DNA of 64,000 bases from a bacterium HR37 (GTDB taxonomy: Bacteria > Desulfobacterota_D > UBA1144 > Nemesobacterales > CSP1-2): the NCBI GenBank assembly GCA_002898375.1, contig BEIN01000009.1, positions 8,935-72,934 on the forward strand. The letters are read 5' to 3'. Under the pieces are notes generated by a model that saw nothing but the letters and a program-made list of their open reading frames with translations, was not told the DNA's origin and searched no databases. Made by a program: the position numbers and the translations under genes. Positions 9,476 through 19,257 of this stretch are shown here, piece after piece. The first letter of the stretch is position 1. The number at the start of each line of letters is the position of its first letter.

Positions 9476-9887
9476 GACTTTAAAAAAAAGAGAACATCTG
9501 AGCGAGGGGAATCCTCTTATAAAACATGGACCTCCTCCTTATTATGCTTATTTTGAACATCCGGATGGAAGCTGGTATATGGTTTGGATGACCGAGACAT
9601 CCCCTAAAACAGCACGTGGACATCGTTTTCATGTTCACGCCATGTACAATAAATTCAACACGGTTAGACCAAACCTGGAATCGAGATGGTACGAACAACC
9701 ATATGGAATGAGGAACTGGGACTTTAACGATTTCGAGGAAGCAGTTTCTGAGTTTTACAAAAAGAGGTTTATTCCCCGTCTCAGGCACGGGTACAGGCTT
9801 GTAATGGGTAATATCCCATCTGGCTGGTTATCCTGTGAGGAGCTAAGGGACCAAGATAAGGTTGTAGGGAGAACTCCGGATGAGTAA
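9456..9887 (+). CDS. Hypothetical protein, possible divergent WGR-like domain
   Basis: ATG at 9456 overlaps the upstream gene end and the stop overlaps the Rieske start. Contains FNDFEEAVSEF...RLRHGY. Confidence 0.6.
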   Translation: MRSYISKTLKKREHLSEGNPLIKHGPPPYYAYFEHPDGSWYMVWMTETSPKTARGHRFHVHAMYNKFNTVRPNLESRWYEQPYGMRNWDFNDFEEAVSEFYKKRFIPRLRHGYRLVMGNIPSGWLSCEELRDQDKVVGRTPDE

Positions 9888-10206
9888 GGCTTTGAGGTCT
9901 AAAACAAGGCTCTTTAGGGTTGCAAAAGTCGATGAGATTAAGCCGGGACACAGAAAAGTGGTAAACATAGAAGGAAGAGAGGTTGCTGTTGTTAATCTTA
10001 ACGGAAGGTTCTATGCTATGGATAATAGGTGTCCTCATGCTGGTTTCCCTTTAACTTATGCTCCGATATACAAGGGAATGATTATATGCCCAAATCACGG
10101 CTGGATGTTTAGTGCAGAGACCGGTGAGTGTAAGACCAACCCTTCTTGCAGGTTAAAGACTTATAAGGTGTTGACCAATGGTAAGTATATAAAGGTTGAG
10201 CTTTAG
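9880..10206 (+). CDS. Rieske [2Fe-2S] ferredoxin
   Basis: CPH...CPNH ligand set. Confidence 0.92.
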   Translation: MSKALRSKTRLFRVAKVDEIKPGHRKVVNIEGREVAVVNLNGRFYAMDNRCPHAGFPLTYAPIYKGMIICPNHGWMFSAETGECKTNPSCRLKTYKVLTNGKYIKVEL

Positions 10207-10973
10207 TTACTGTCAGCTTCAGTTAACTGGATTCCTTCCCTTGGGATTCTATTCCCATCTAAATATAGGTTTCCGTCTTGATCAACCCCAATCCTCCCTT
10301 TGGCTATAAGGTGGTGGACTGCAAAGGGCAAAATCTTCCATTCTCCTTCTTTGCGAACCTTCTCTCTTATTTTCTCTATGTCTTCTTCTTTAAGACCGGA
10401 TATATCTATAGGACGTGATTGAACCAGGGCCGGACCAAACCTTTCATTCTCCTTCTGCAAAAAAACCGTGCATTTAATTGCACTCTCACCGGCTCTTAGG
10501 GCCTGAATTGCTGCTTCTACTCCCCTAATAAGGTAGCTTTTTGTAATATCTCCCGGATAGATGTTTAAAACCCTGTTTCTGTATCTGTGTAAAAACAGAG
10601 TTCCAACCCTTCTTCTGTAACCAGCAAGAACCACCAGGTCAGGTATGCAGATTTCCTCAATAAGAGCAATTGCTGCTGCATCATAGAACTCTCTTGCGGT
10701 GTTATCATCAGGAGGTCTTTTTATGATATCAAAATAAAGTTTTGAGTTTAAGCTTACAACAGGTATGCCAAGCTCCTTGGCAGTTGTTGCTCCCTTACAG
10801 CTTGGTACGTTTGTAAAAACAACCTCTATTCTGCCGTAGTTTTTCTCCCCCATACTCTCAAGTTTTTTCTGTTCCTCATAAAGTGCCAGTAGGTTTGTCC
10901 CAGTACCTGAGATCAGTACGGCAACACTCATCGGTTTGTTCTGCGATTTGTATATAGGGGTTACTTTGTACAT
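10203..10973 (-). CDS. Divergent PurN-like formyltransferase family protein
   Basis: AVLISGTGTNL, DLVVLAGY, VLNIYPG and GPALVQ motifs. Confidence 0.75.
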   Translation of the reverse strand: MYKVTPIYKSQNKPMSVAVLISGTGTNLLALYEEQKKLESMGEKNYGRIEVVFTNVPSCKGATTAKELGIPVVSLNSKLYFDIIKRPPDDNTAREFYDAAAIALIEEICIPDLVVLAGYRRRVGTLFLHRYRNRVLNIYPGDITKSYLIRGVEAAIQALRAGESAIKCTVFLQKENERFGPALVQSRPIDISGLKEEDIEKIREKVRKEGEWKILPFAVHHLIAKGRIGVDQDGNLYLDGNRIPREGIQLTEADSN

Positions 10974-11014
10974 AATACTTTAGCTTATCTAGAATCTAAG
11001 AGTATATCTATACC

Positions 11015-11863
11015 ATGAGCAATCTGACTGAAAGGGTAATTACCGCTGTTGTTGGCCTACCCATCTTGTTTTTTATCTTCTATCTGGGTGGAATACCTTT
11101 TCTTGTCTTTACCATGGTAGTTATCTTTGCAGGACAACTGGAGCTTTTTAAGCTATTAGGAATTGGTGAGTCCGTTAAGGAAAGGGTAATTCTTTCCGTT
11201 TTGGGTTCACTAACGGGTCTGGGAGCTTACTTTGGTTTCTTTTATCTGGGTCTTCTTTTTACCCTCTCTATATTGGCAGTACTAGTTATGCAGGTAGTGA
11301 GAAAGAACATGCTAGGTGCATTAAATACCTTAAGTCTTGTTTCCTTTGGCTTTGTTTACGTTGGGTGGCTTTTAAGTCATGCAGTGCTACTAAGAAACTT
11401 AGAGTATAGTTGCCAATCCAACAACCATCTTGAGGAAATGCATCCCTTGGGGGATTTGGGTTTCACATATGTAGTTTTTGTAGTTGCCTGTGTTTTTGTA
11501 AATGATTCGGTTGCCTACTTTGTTGGTAGGTGGAAGGGGAGAAGGAAACTTGTGCCTAGATTGAGTCCCGGAAAAACAGTTGAGGGTACACTTGGTGGAT
11601 TTTGTGCATCTGTGGTTACGGGAGTAGTTGTTGATTTCCTGTTTGGAAATCCATTTGGGTACCTATGGGCTTCTCTTATGGGGTTCATAGTTAGCGTGGT
11701 AGCTTTATTGGGTGACCTAAGCGAGTCGTTAATTAAAAGAAACGTTGGGGTAAAGGATTCAGGTGAGGTACTTCCTGGACATGGCGGGGTGCTTGACAGG
11801 TTCGATAGTTTGATATTTGCCTTTCCGGTATTCTACTACCTTACATTTTTAATAAATTGTTAA
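11015..11863 (+). CDS. cdsA: Phosphatidate cytidylyltransferase
   Basis: SPGKTVEG, GDLSESLIKR and KDSG..LPGHGGVLDRFDS motifs. Confidence 0.95.
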   Translation: MSNLTERVITAVVGLPILFFIFYLGGIPFLVFTMVVIFAGQLELFKLLGIGESVKERVILSVLGSLTGLGAYFGFFYLGLLFTLSILAVLVMQVVRKNMLGALNTLSLVSFGFVYVGWLLSHAVLLRNLEYSCQSNNHLEEMHPLGDLGFTYVVFVVACVFVNDSVAYFVGRWKGRRKLVPRLSPGKTVEGTLGGFCASVVTGVVVDFLFGNPFGYLWASLMGFIVSVVALLGDLSESLIKRNVGVKDSGEVLPGHGGVLDRFDSLIFAFPVFYYLTFLINC

Positions 11864-13232
11864 CGGAGTTTCCTTTTCGGTTTTCTTCTTTGCCATTTCT
11901 TGATAAAAGTACCAGGTCTTTTATGGTTTCTTCCCCAAGGGTTTTTTCTATCGCTTCATCTATTCTGCGGATTACCTGATCAACTTGCGGTATGGATAGG
12001 AATCTGCTTTCTATCCAGAGACTCTCCTCAGTATTTTCTCCCCTTATGGATTTAAGGATATCTCTAAGCTTTATGGTTTCTATATCCCTTGCAGGAATAT
12101 AACCCGGAGGGTTATCTGCGGTTTCAACAACCAGACCACTATTTTCAAGCTGAGTTATGATGTTTCTTATCGGTTCCTCGGGAAGTCCAAGGTGTTCAAC
12201 CAGTAACTCAAATGTCCAGGGTTTCTTTCCGTAGTAGTAATTAAAGCTTATAAGGTAGGTTACTATAAAACACAGTTTCTCTCTGAGCCTGTGGCTTAGT
12301 TTAAATGCTTCTTTCTTAAGGGTAAGAAACTTTAGATTCTGATGGCAAAAAGATATCTCTGCCCCAATAAGGAGAATAAGCCAGTTTAGGTACAACCAGA
12401 TCATAAAGAGTATGATTGTTGCAAAGCCTGAGTATATGGCTGAGTAGCTTGCCGAAGATACCACAAAGGAGGCAAAAGCCCAGCTTGTTGTTTGCCACAT
12501 CATCCCTGCAATTGTTCCTCCAAGCAGTGCTGAGCGAAACCTTACCTTTGTGTTTGGAACCACTATATATATAGATGTAAAGACGGCTGAGATAATAACG
12601 TAGGGAATTAATTTCCCTGCAAAAAAGGAAAGTACAATGCCAATTGGTCGTATGGATAAGAGTTTCTGTACCGTATCGTTACTCATAATTGAGGTGGTAA
12701 GTCCAATCAAGGAGATTATGGTTATGGGACCTACAAGTACAAGGCTTATATAGTCGCTAAATCTTCTTGTGATACTGCGCGTTTTTTCTATCTTCCATAT
12801 GTGATTTAAAGACTGTTCTATCTTGTGTATAAGGGATATTACGGTATAGATTAACATCAGGAGCCCAAGCGAACCTAAAACTCCCACTTTCATGTTTTCT
12901 ACAAACTCCATTATTCTTTGGGTGATCTCATTACCTTTGGGACCTAGAGGGGCAAGGAAGTTATTAAGTAGGGGTTCTAACTCATTGTGCACACCAAAGG
13001 CTTTGAGAACAGAAAAGCTAAGGGCAAGGAGAGGAACAATAGAAAGCAAAGTGGTATAGACTAGGCTCATTGCCCTTAGGGTTATCTCTCTTTCTGAGGA
13101 TTCGCGTATGGATGCAAAGATTAACCTCAGTAGCTGTATAAAGAAGGCCTTGGGACGACTAAGGGAAGAGGTATCTATAAGCCATAGTTCCCTTCCCAGA
13201 AAATCGTTTAATCTCTTTACAAGGGCAATCAT
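11841..13232 (-). CDS. YihY/BrkB (UPF0761) membrane protein with a C-terminal winged-helix-like extension
   Basis: SLVYTTLLSIVP, IYSGFA and WLYLNWLILLIGAE motifs; C-terminus LENSGLV...YIPAR. Confidence 0.85.
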   Translation of the reverse strand: MIALVKRLNDFLGRELWLIDTSSLSRPKAFFIQLLRLIFASIRESSEREITLRAMSLVYTTLLSIVPLLALSFSVLKAFGVHNELEPLLNNFLAPLGPKGNEITQRIMEFVENMKVGVLGSLGLLMLIYTVISLIHKIEQSLNHIWKIEKTRSITRRFSDYISLVLVGPITIISLIGLTTSIMSNDTVQKLLSIRPIGIVLSFFAGKLIPYVIISAVFTSIYIVVPNTKVRFRSALLGGTIAGMMWQTTSWAFASFVVSSASYSAIYSGFATIILFMIWLYLNWLILLIGAEISFCHQNLKFLTLKKEAFKLSHRLREKLCFIVTYLISFNYYYGKKPWTFELLVEHLGLPEEPIRNIITQLENSGLVVETADNPPGYIPARDIETIKLRDILKSIRGENTEESLWIESRFLSIPQVDQVIRRIDEAIEKTLGEETIKDLVLLSRNGKEENRKGNSVNNLLKM

Positions 13233-13341
13233 CTCCTGATCCTACATTATTCCACAATACTCATTAAAGCCTAAAAATGCAAATTTTGGTTTCTTGAATT
13301 TTGGTGTTTAAGGGCTTATCCTATTTGCCTAGTTAAAAACC

Positions 13342-13827
13342 ATGTTGGCTAGGATTATTAGCAGGCTTTTCTGTGTTTTGGTTATGGTTATAGGGCTTTG
13401 TGCCTGTGCGGCTAAGTCTCCAAGTACCGGTCTAAATCTTCCTTCCAAGTCTCCCGCAAGGGTTGTTAGAGATTACCTTGAAGCCTTGAAGAAATACGAT
13501 TTTGACAGGTCTTACGATTATATCTCTATTGGATATGCTGGTAATCTCGATAGGGAAAGCTATAAGATAAATATGAAGCATAACTTGATTGATAACTTTA
13601 ATTGGAAGTTGCTCAATTATGAGGTCATAGGGGTACGGATCATAGGAGACCAGGCCTTTGTAGTTACAGAACTTGAGGTAAAATACAGACCCAGAGGTTC
13701 AAAAGAAGATGAGCAAAGGAGAGTAAGGGTTCAGTATGTACTTACTGTGCTGGATAAAAGCTGGAAGATCACATCCGATGAGTGTGTGTTTAACTGTATA
13801 ACACAGGATGAGTTAAACAGAGGGTAG
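13342..13827 (+). CDS. Lipoprotein, NTF2-like/DUF4878-like
   Basis: Lipobox LCAC; SPARVVRDYLEAL and terminal WKI. Confidence 0.65.
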   Translation: MLARIISRLFCVLVMVIGLCACAAKSPSTGLNLPSKSPARVVRDYLEALKKYDFDRSYDYISIGYAGNLDRESYKINMKHNLIDNFNWKLLNYEVIGVRIIGDQAFVVTELEVKYRPRGSKEDEQRRVRVQYVLTVLDKSWKITSDECVFNCITQDELNRG

Positions 13828-13830
13828 GCT

Positions 13831-14631
13831 ATGATAAAGGTAGCTATAGCAGGTATAGCTGGAAGGATGGGTCGCAGTATAGCTTCACTGCTTTCTGGGG
13901 AAGAAGACATAAAGATTGTTGGAGCAACAGAAAGGCAGGGGCATACGGTTGTGGGAAAGGACATAGGTATGGTTTTGGGAAGTGAGGGGTTAAACGTGTT
14001 TGTATCGGATAGGATAGAGGAGGCAGCTTCTTCTGCTGATGTTATAGTTGATTTTACAACACCTGCTTCAACACTTACAAATGCCAGATATGCTTCCATC
14101 TCTGGAAAGGCAATGGTTATAGGAACGACTGGGTTTTCAGATGAGGAGATTAAGGAAATAAAAGAGCTTGCGAAAAACTTTGCCTGCGTTATCTCCCCGA
14201 ACATGAGTGTTGGGGTAAACGTTATGTTTGATATAGTGGGAAGAGTAGCCCGTCTATTGGGTGAGGATTTTGATGTTGAGATATTGGAGATACATCACAG
14301 GCACAAGGTTGACTCTCCAAGTGGAACGGCACTAAAACTTGGACAGGTATTAGCTGAGGCTTTGGGAAGGGAGTTTGGGGATGTGGTTAGGCTTCAAAGA
14401 AGCGGAAATATAGGGGAGAGAGGTAAAGAAGAGATAGGGATTCAGTCAATTCGAGGTGGAGATGTAATTGGAGAACATACAGTCCTTTTTTTAGGTTCTG
14501 GTGAGAGAATAGAGATTACCCATAAGGCTTCAAGTCGTGAGAATTTCTCCAGAGGGGCTATTCGTGCCTTAAGGTGGGTTGTTGGAAAACCTCCTGGAAT
14601 CTATAGTATGAAGGACGTACTGGGTCTATAA
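13831..14631 (+). CDS. dapB: 4-hydroxy-tetrahydrodipicolinate reductase
   Basis: GIAGRMG, VIGTTG and EIHHRHKVDSPSGTA motifs. Confidence 0.96.
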   Translation: MIKVAIAGIAGRMGRSIASLLSGEEDIKIVGATERQGHTVVGKDIGMVLGSEGLNVFVSDRIEEAASSADVIVDFTTPASTLTNARYASISGKAMVIGTTGFSDEEIKEIKELAKNFACVISPNMSVGVNVMFDIVGRVARLLGEDFDVEILEIHHRHKVDSPSGTALKLGQVLAEALGREFGDVVRLQRSGNIGERGKEEIGIQSIRGGDVIGEHTVLFLGSGERIEITHKASSRENFSRGAIRALRWVVGKPPGIYSMKDVLGL

Positions 14632-14674
14632 GACCGTGTAGTTTCTCTCTACCACACCTTATCGCTGGCCTAAT

Positions 14675-15778
14675 ATGTTTAAGTTTGAGGTGATAAAAAA
14701 AGATAAGGACACCGGTGCAAGGATTGGTAAGATTTATACAGACCATGGAATCATCACAACCCCTGCTTTTATGCCTGTTGCAACAAGGGCATCTGTTAAG
14801 GGAATGACACCTGATGAGGTTAGAGACCTCGGTTTCGAGATAGTTGTTGTAAACGCATACCACATGTACTTGCGCCCGGGCCATATAACGGTAAAAGAGC
14901 TTGGGGGTCTTCACAGGTTTATGGCATGGGATAACCCTATTCTTACCGATAGCGGTGGGTTTCAGGTCCTCAGCCTCTCAAAGGTTAGGAAGGTAAAAGA
15001 AGAAGGCATCCTTTTTAGATCCCATATAGACGGTAGTGAGCATTTTTTAACTCCCGCTAAAAGCATAGAAATTCAGGAGGCTTTAGGTGCGGATATAATG
15101 ATGTGCTTGGATGAGTGTCCTCCTCATGATGCTCCCTATGAGTACATAAAAAGGTCAACGGATCTAACGACAAAATGGGCAAGGTTAAGTAAGGAGGCTC
15201 GAAGCAATCCTGAGAAACCGCTTTTTGGAATAGTCCAGGGTGGGGTTTTTCCAGAGCTAAGGGAAAAGTCCGCATTAGAGCTTCTTGAAATTGGATTTGA
15301 TGGCTATGCTATAGGAGGATTAGGTATAGGTGAATCCAAGGAGGAAACATACGAAATTGCAGAGTTTACCGCTTCTTATCTTCCCTACGATAAACCCAGG
15401 TATCTTATGGGACTTGGAATGCCTGAGGATATTGTAGAGGCTGTGTCAATGGGAATTGATCTTTTTGACTGTGTATTGCCTACCAGGAATGCGAGAAACG
15501 GCTCTCTCTTTACAAATCGGGGAAAAGTGGTTATAAAGAATGCCAAGTACGAGAAAGATGATACACCAGTTGATGAAAACTGTGGATGCTACACATGTAC
15601 CAGGTTTTCAAAGGCATATTTAAGACATCTCTATCAGGCTAGTGAGATACTTGCTTCAAGGTTGCTTACGCTTCACAATCTCTACTACTACGGTTGGCTT
15701 ATGAAAAAGATAAGAGAGGCTATAGAGAATGGAGGGTTTTCTAGCTTCAGATCCAGATTCTACTCAAAGGAGGGCTAG
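14675..15778 (+). CDS. tgt: tRNA-guanine transglycosylase
   Basis: TPAFMPV, TDSGGFQV, DCVLPTRNARNG and the CxCxxC...H zinc site. Confidence 0.97.
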   Translation: MFKFEVIKKDKDTGARIGKIYTDHGIITTPAFMPVATRASVKGMTPDEVRDLGFEIVVVNAYHMYLRPGHITVKELGGLHRFMAWDNPILTDSGGFQVLSLSKVRKVKEEGILFRSHIDGSEHFLTPAKSIEIQEALGADIMMCLDECPPHDAPYEYIKRSTDLTTKWARLSKEARSNPEKPLFGIVQGGVFPELREKSALELLEIGFDGYAIGGLGIGESKEETYEIAEFTASYLPYDKPRYLMGLGMPEDIVEAVSMGIDLFDCVLPTRNARNGSLFTNRGKVVIKNAKYEKDDTPVDENCGCYTCTRFSKAYLRHLYQASEILASRLLTLHNLYYYGWLMKKIREAIENGGFSSFRSRFYSKEG

Positions 15779-15782
15779 TATA

Positions 15783-16172
15783 TTGAGGAGAGTAGCTATA
15801 GGCATTAGCTTGGCGGTGGTATCTTTATACGGTTGCTTCCCCCCACAGGGGCAGGATGGTGCTTCAGGTGGTTCTCCCTTTGTTGCCCTTGTCCCTCTTA
15901 TACTTATCTTTTTACTTTTTTACGTGTTAATCCTTCGCCCTCAACAAAAACAGCATAGGGAAAGGATGGAGATGCTAAAGAACTTAAAAAGGGGAGATAC
16001 CGTGATTACAAGTGGCGGTCTCTACGGAAAGATTCTAAACATATCTGGTGATGTGGTAACACTGGAGATTGCAAAGGGGGTAAGTGTAAAAGTGGCTCGA
16101 TCAGGTATAGCAGGTCTTGCAAACCTAAATGATCAAGATAAGAAGGGAAAGGAGGATAAATCTGAGAAATGA
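15783..16172 (+). CDS. yajC: Preprotein translocase subunit YajC
   Basis: FYVLILRPQQK and GDTVITSGGLYGKI motifs; TTG start after SD AAGGAGG; sits between tgt and secD. Confidence 0.92.
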   Translation: MRRVAIGISLAVVSLYGCFPPQGQDGASGGSPFVALVPLILIFLLFYVLILRPQQKQHRERMEMLKNLKRGDTVITSGGLYGKILNISGDVVTLEIAKGVSVKVARSGIAGLANLNDQDKKGKEDKSEK

Positions 16173-17770
16173 AAAGGTCTTCTAAACATTGGATCACCGT
16201 AATACTTATTTTGAGTTTTCTCTCGGTAATCTTTTTAATTCCAACTTTTGCAGGCGATAGGCTTCCTGAGTGGTGGGGAAAGGTTTTTCCAAGAAAGGGA
16301 TTGCGGTTGGGATTAGATCTAAAAGGGGGAATATACCTTTTACTTGGGGTAAGGGCTGATAAGGCTATAGAGCACGAGCTTGCAAATCTAAAGGAGGATT
16401 TGATAGAGAGGCTAAATAAGGAGAAGATCCTCCCAAAGGGTTTTAACAGCCAGGATAAAACCTTAACGGTTAACTTTTTCTCCAAGGAAGACTTGGATAG
16501 GGTAAGAAAGGACATAGAAGCGGACTATAAGGATATACTGGAAGTAGAGGAAAAAGGCCTTTCACTCCACCTTACCCTTAAGGATCAGTACATAAAAGAA
16601 GTTCAGAGAAGGGCAATAGATCAGGTAAAACAGACAATAGAGAACCGTATCGATGAGTTTGGAGTTGTTGAACCAAGTGTACAGAGGGTTGGGACAGACA
16701 GGATACTGGTTCAGGTTCCGGGGGCGTCAAGACAGGATCGTGAAAGGATAATAAATATAATAAAACGCGCCGCTGTTTTGGAATTCAAGATAGTAAAGGA
16801 TGCTGGGCCGGATGAGGAAACGCTTCTAAAAAAATACGGGGTTAAATCTGGAGATGAGCTGGTGTCTTTGGGGCTTGAACTCCACCCTGGTGATACTGGC
16901 CAGGAAAATGAGAGATACTTTATCACCGAGCATGAGGCTCAGGTCACAGGACAGTATCTCTCAGATGCAAGGCTAATATTTGATGAGTATGGAAGGCCAG
17001 CTGTAGGTTTCAGCTTCAGAGGTGAGGGGGCGGCTAGGTTTGGGAAACTCACAGGGGAGAATATAGGGAAGAGACTTGCAATCGTTTTAGATGGGGTTGT
17101 AAAATCTGCTCCTGTTATTCAGGAAAGGATCTCCTCCCAGGGTAGGATAACCGGAAATTTTACCCTTGAGGAGGCAAAGGATTTGGCTCTTGTGCTTCGT
17201 TCCGGGGCACTTCCTGTACCCGTGGATGTGGAGCAGGAGCAAACCGTTGGGCCTTCTCTGGGTAAGGACTCAATTGAAAAGGGTAAGATTTCCATGATTG
17301 TAGGGGGTACAGCTGTTGTGCTTTTTATGATGTTTTTCTATAAACTTCAGGGTGTTATAGCAAACATTGCACTTGCTTTTAATATGCTCTTTATAATGGG
17401 TTTTCTTTCTGCCTTTGGGGTTACCTTAACCCTTCCGGGTATTGCTGGCCTTGTTCTTACTCTGGGAATGGCTGTTGATGGAAACATAATTATATTTGAG
17501 AGAATAAAGGAGGAGCTTAGAGCAGGAAAGTCCCCTCTTGCAGCTATTGATGCGGGCTATGAGAGGTCTTTCTGGACGGTGTTTGATGCCAATGTCACCA
17601 CACTTCTTACGGGGTTGATACTCTTCTGGTTTGGGACAGGGCCTGTAAAGGGGTTTGCTGTAACGCTTTCAATAGGTATAGTTTCTACCATATTTAGCAA
17701 CGTGGTGGTTGCACGCGTGATATCTGACCTTATCTATGCGGAGAGGAGGGTTGAAGCCCTTAGCATATAA
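16169..17770 (+). CDS. secD: Protein translocase subunit SecD
   Basis: LGLDLKGG, LRSGALP, VGPSLG and GMAVDGNIIIFERIKEE motifs. Confidence 0.97.
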   Translation: MKRSSKHWITVILILSFLSVIFLIPTFAGDRLPEWWGKVFPRKGLRLGLDLKGGIYLLLGVRADKAIEHELANLKEDLIERLNKEKILPKGFNSQDKTLTVNFFSKEDLDRVRKDIEADYKDILEVEEKGLSLHLTLKDQYIKEVQRRAIDQVKQTIENRIDEFGVVEPSVQRVGTDRILVQVPGASRQDRERIINIIKRAAVLEFKIVKDAGPDEETLLKKYGVKSGDELVSLGLELHPGDTGQENERYFITEHEAQVTGQYLSDARLIFDEYGRPAVGFSFRGEGAARFGKLTGENIGKRLAIVLDGVVKSAPVIQERISSQGRITGNFTLEEAKDLALVLRSGALPVPVDVEQEQTVGPSLGKDSIEKGKISMIVGGTAVVLFMMFFYKLQGVIANIALAFNMLFIMGFLSAFGVTLTLPGIAGLVLTLGMAVDGNIIIFERIKEELRAGKSPLAAIDAGYERSFWTVFDANVTTLLTGLILFWFGTGPVKGFAVTLSIGIVSTIFSNVVVARVISDLIYAERRVEALSI

Positions 17771-17788
17771 AGTAGAGGAGGTTTGTAA

Positions 17789-18718
17789 GTGGATCTTATA
17801 AAGCCCGATACGCATATAGATTTTGTAGGCAAGATGAAAAAGGCGTTTTTTGTGTCTGTTACACTGATCATAGTGGGAATTTCTTCACTTATATACCACA
17901 GAGGTCCGAATTGGGGCGTTGAATTTGTTGGCGGAACCGAAGTTCATGTTAAATTTGAAAGAAACGTCAAACCGGATGAGATAAGGGCTGTACTTGCATC
18001 AGCAGGTTATCCTGCTGAGTCTGTACAGCAGTTGGGCTTACCACAGGATAACGAGTACCTTATAAGGTTTTCTCCGAAGGTGGTGGCTTTTGAACAAATT
18101 CAGGGGTTTCAGGTGAAGGTAGAAGAGATCTTTAAAAGTATAGTACCGGAGTCAAAGGGGGTAGATATACTTAGAATCGACTATATAGGGCCTAAGGTTG
18201 GTAGGGAACTTATAGAAAAGGCAATTGTATCGGTTCTTATAGGTTGCGTTGGTATACTCCTTTATCTTATGATAAGGTTTGAATTTGATTTTGCACTAGG
18301 TGCTGTAATAGCGTTGATCCATGACATACTTATAACTCTTGGGGCCATATCCATTACAAATAAGGAGTTTACACTTACAATAATTGCTGCACTCCTTACC
18401 GTGGTTGGTTACTCGGTAAACGATACCATTATAATCTTTGACAGAATCAGGGAAAACCTTAAGAAAACCGAAAAAAAGGATTTTAGAGAGCTTGTAAATG
18501 AGAGTGTAAACCAGACCCTCTCAAGAACAGTTCTTACCGTGATAACGGTATTTTTTGTGCTTTTGGCCCTTTTCTTTTTGGGTGGTTCTGTAATACATGA
18601 TTTTGCCTTTACCCTGATTGTGGGGGTTATAGCAGGTACTTACTCCTCTATTTTTGTTGCAACGGCTTTTGTAATATACCTAAAGGGTAAAAAGAGGGTT
18701 GCTGCAAGAGGTGTGTAG
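17789..18718 (+). CDS. secF: Protein translocase subunit SecF
   Basis: GVEFVGG, GYSVNDTIIIFDRIRE and GTYSSIFVA motifs. Confidence 0.97.
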   Translation: MDLIKPDTHIDFVGKMKKAFFVSVTLIIVGISSLIYHRGPNWGVEFVGGTEVHVKFERNVKPDEIRAVLASAGYPAESVQQLGLPQDNEYLIRFSPKVVAFEQIQGFQVKVEEIFKSIVPESKGVDILRIDYIGPKVGRELIEKAIVSVLIGCVGILLYLMIRFEFDFALGAVIALIHDILITLGAISITNKEFTLTIIAALLTVVGYSVNDTIIIFDRIRENLKKTEKKDFRELVNESVNQTLSRTVLTVITVFFVLLALFFLGGSVIHDFAFTLIVGVIAGTYSSIFVATAFVIYLKGKKRVAARGV

Positions 18719-18724
18719 AGAGAG

Positions 18725-19228
18725 ATGGAGCTTTTTGCGTTCTTGCTTTTTGTATTTGTATCGATTTTAGGGCTTATATCCCTTGTTTTTGGTTTACCGG
18801 GAACGTTCGTTATACTTTGTGCAGCTATACTTTATGGCTGGTACCACGGGTTTAGTGAGGTAACTCCTAAGGTTTTAGTGGTTCTTGGACTACTGGCTGT
18901 TTTTGGAGAGGTGCTTGAGTTTATAATGTCTGTTGCGGGAGCCAGAAGGCAGAAGTCCAGTAAAAGTGCTGTTTTGGGTTCAATAGTTGGGGGAATAGCT
19001 GGTGCGGTTTTTGGAGCCCCGTTCCTTTTTGGAATCGGTTCTGTTATAGGGGCTTTCCTTGGAGCTTTCGTGGGTGCTTTCCTGGTTGAGCTTTTAAAGC
19101 AAAAGACAATGGAGCAGGCACTGAGATCAGGATGGGGAGCTTTTTGTGGAAGGCTGTTTGGGGCTTTTGCAAAGGGTGTAATAGGTATAATCATGATAAC
19201 GGTGGTTGTTTTATCGGTAAGACATTAA
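18725..19228 (+). CDS. DUF456 family membrane protein
   Basis: GLPG motif and Gly-rich TM segments (IGAFLGAFVGAFLVE). Confidence 0.8.
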   Translation: MELFAFLLFVFVSILGLISLVFGLPGTFVILCAAILYGWYHGFSEVTPKVLVVLGLLAVFGEVLEFIMSVAGARRQKSSKSAVLGSIVGGIAGAVFGAPFLFGIGSVIGAFLGAFVGAFLVELLKQKTMEQALRSGWGAFCGRLFGAFAKGVIGIIMITVVVLSVRH

Positions 19229-19257
19229 ATTGATTTAGTGAAAGCAGGTGTGGTTTG

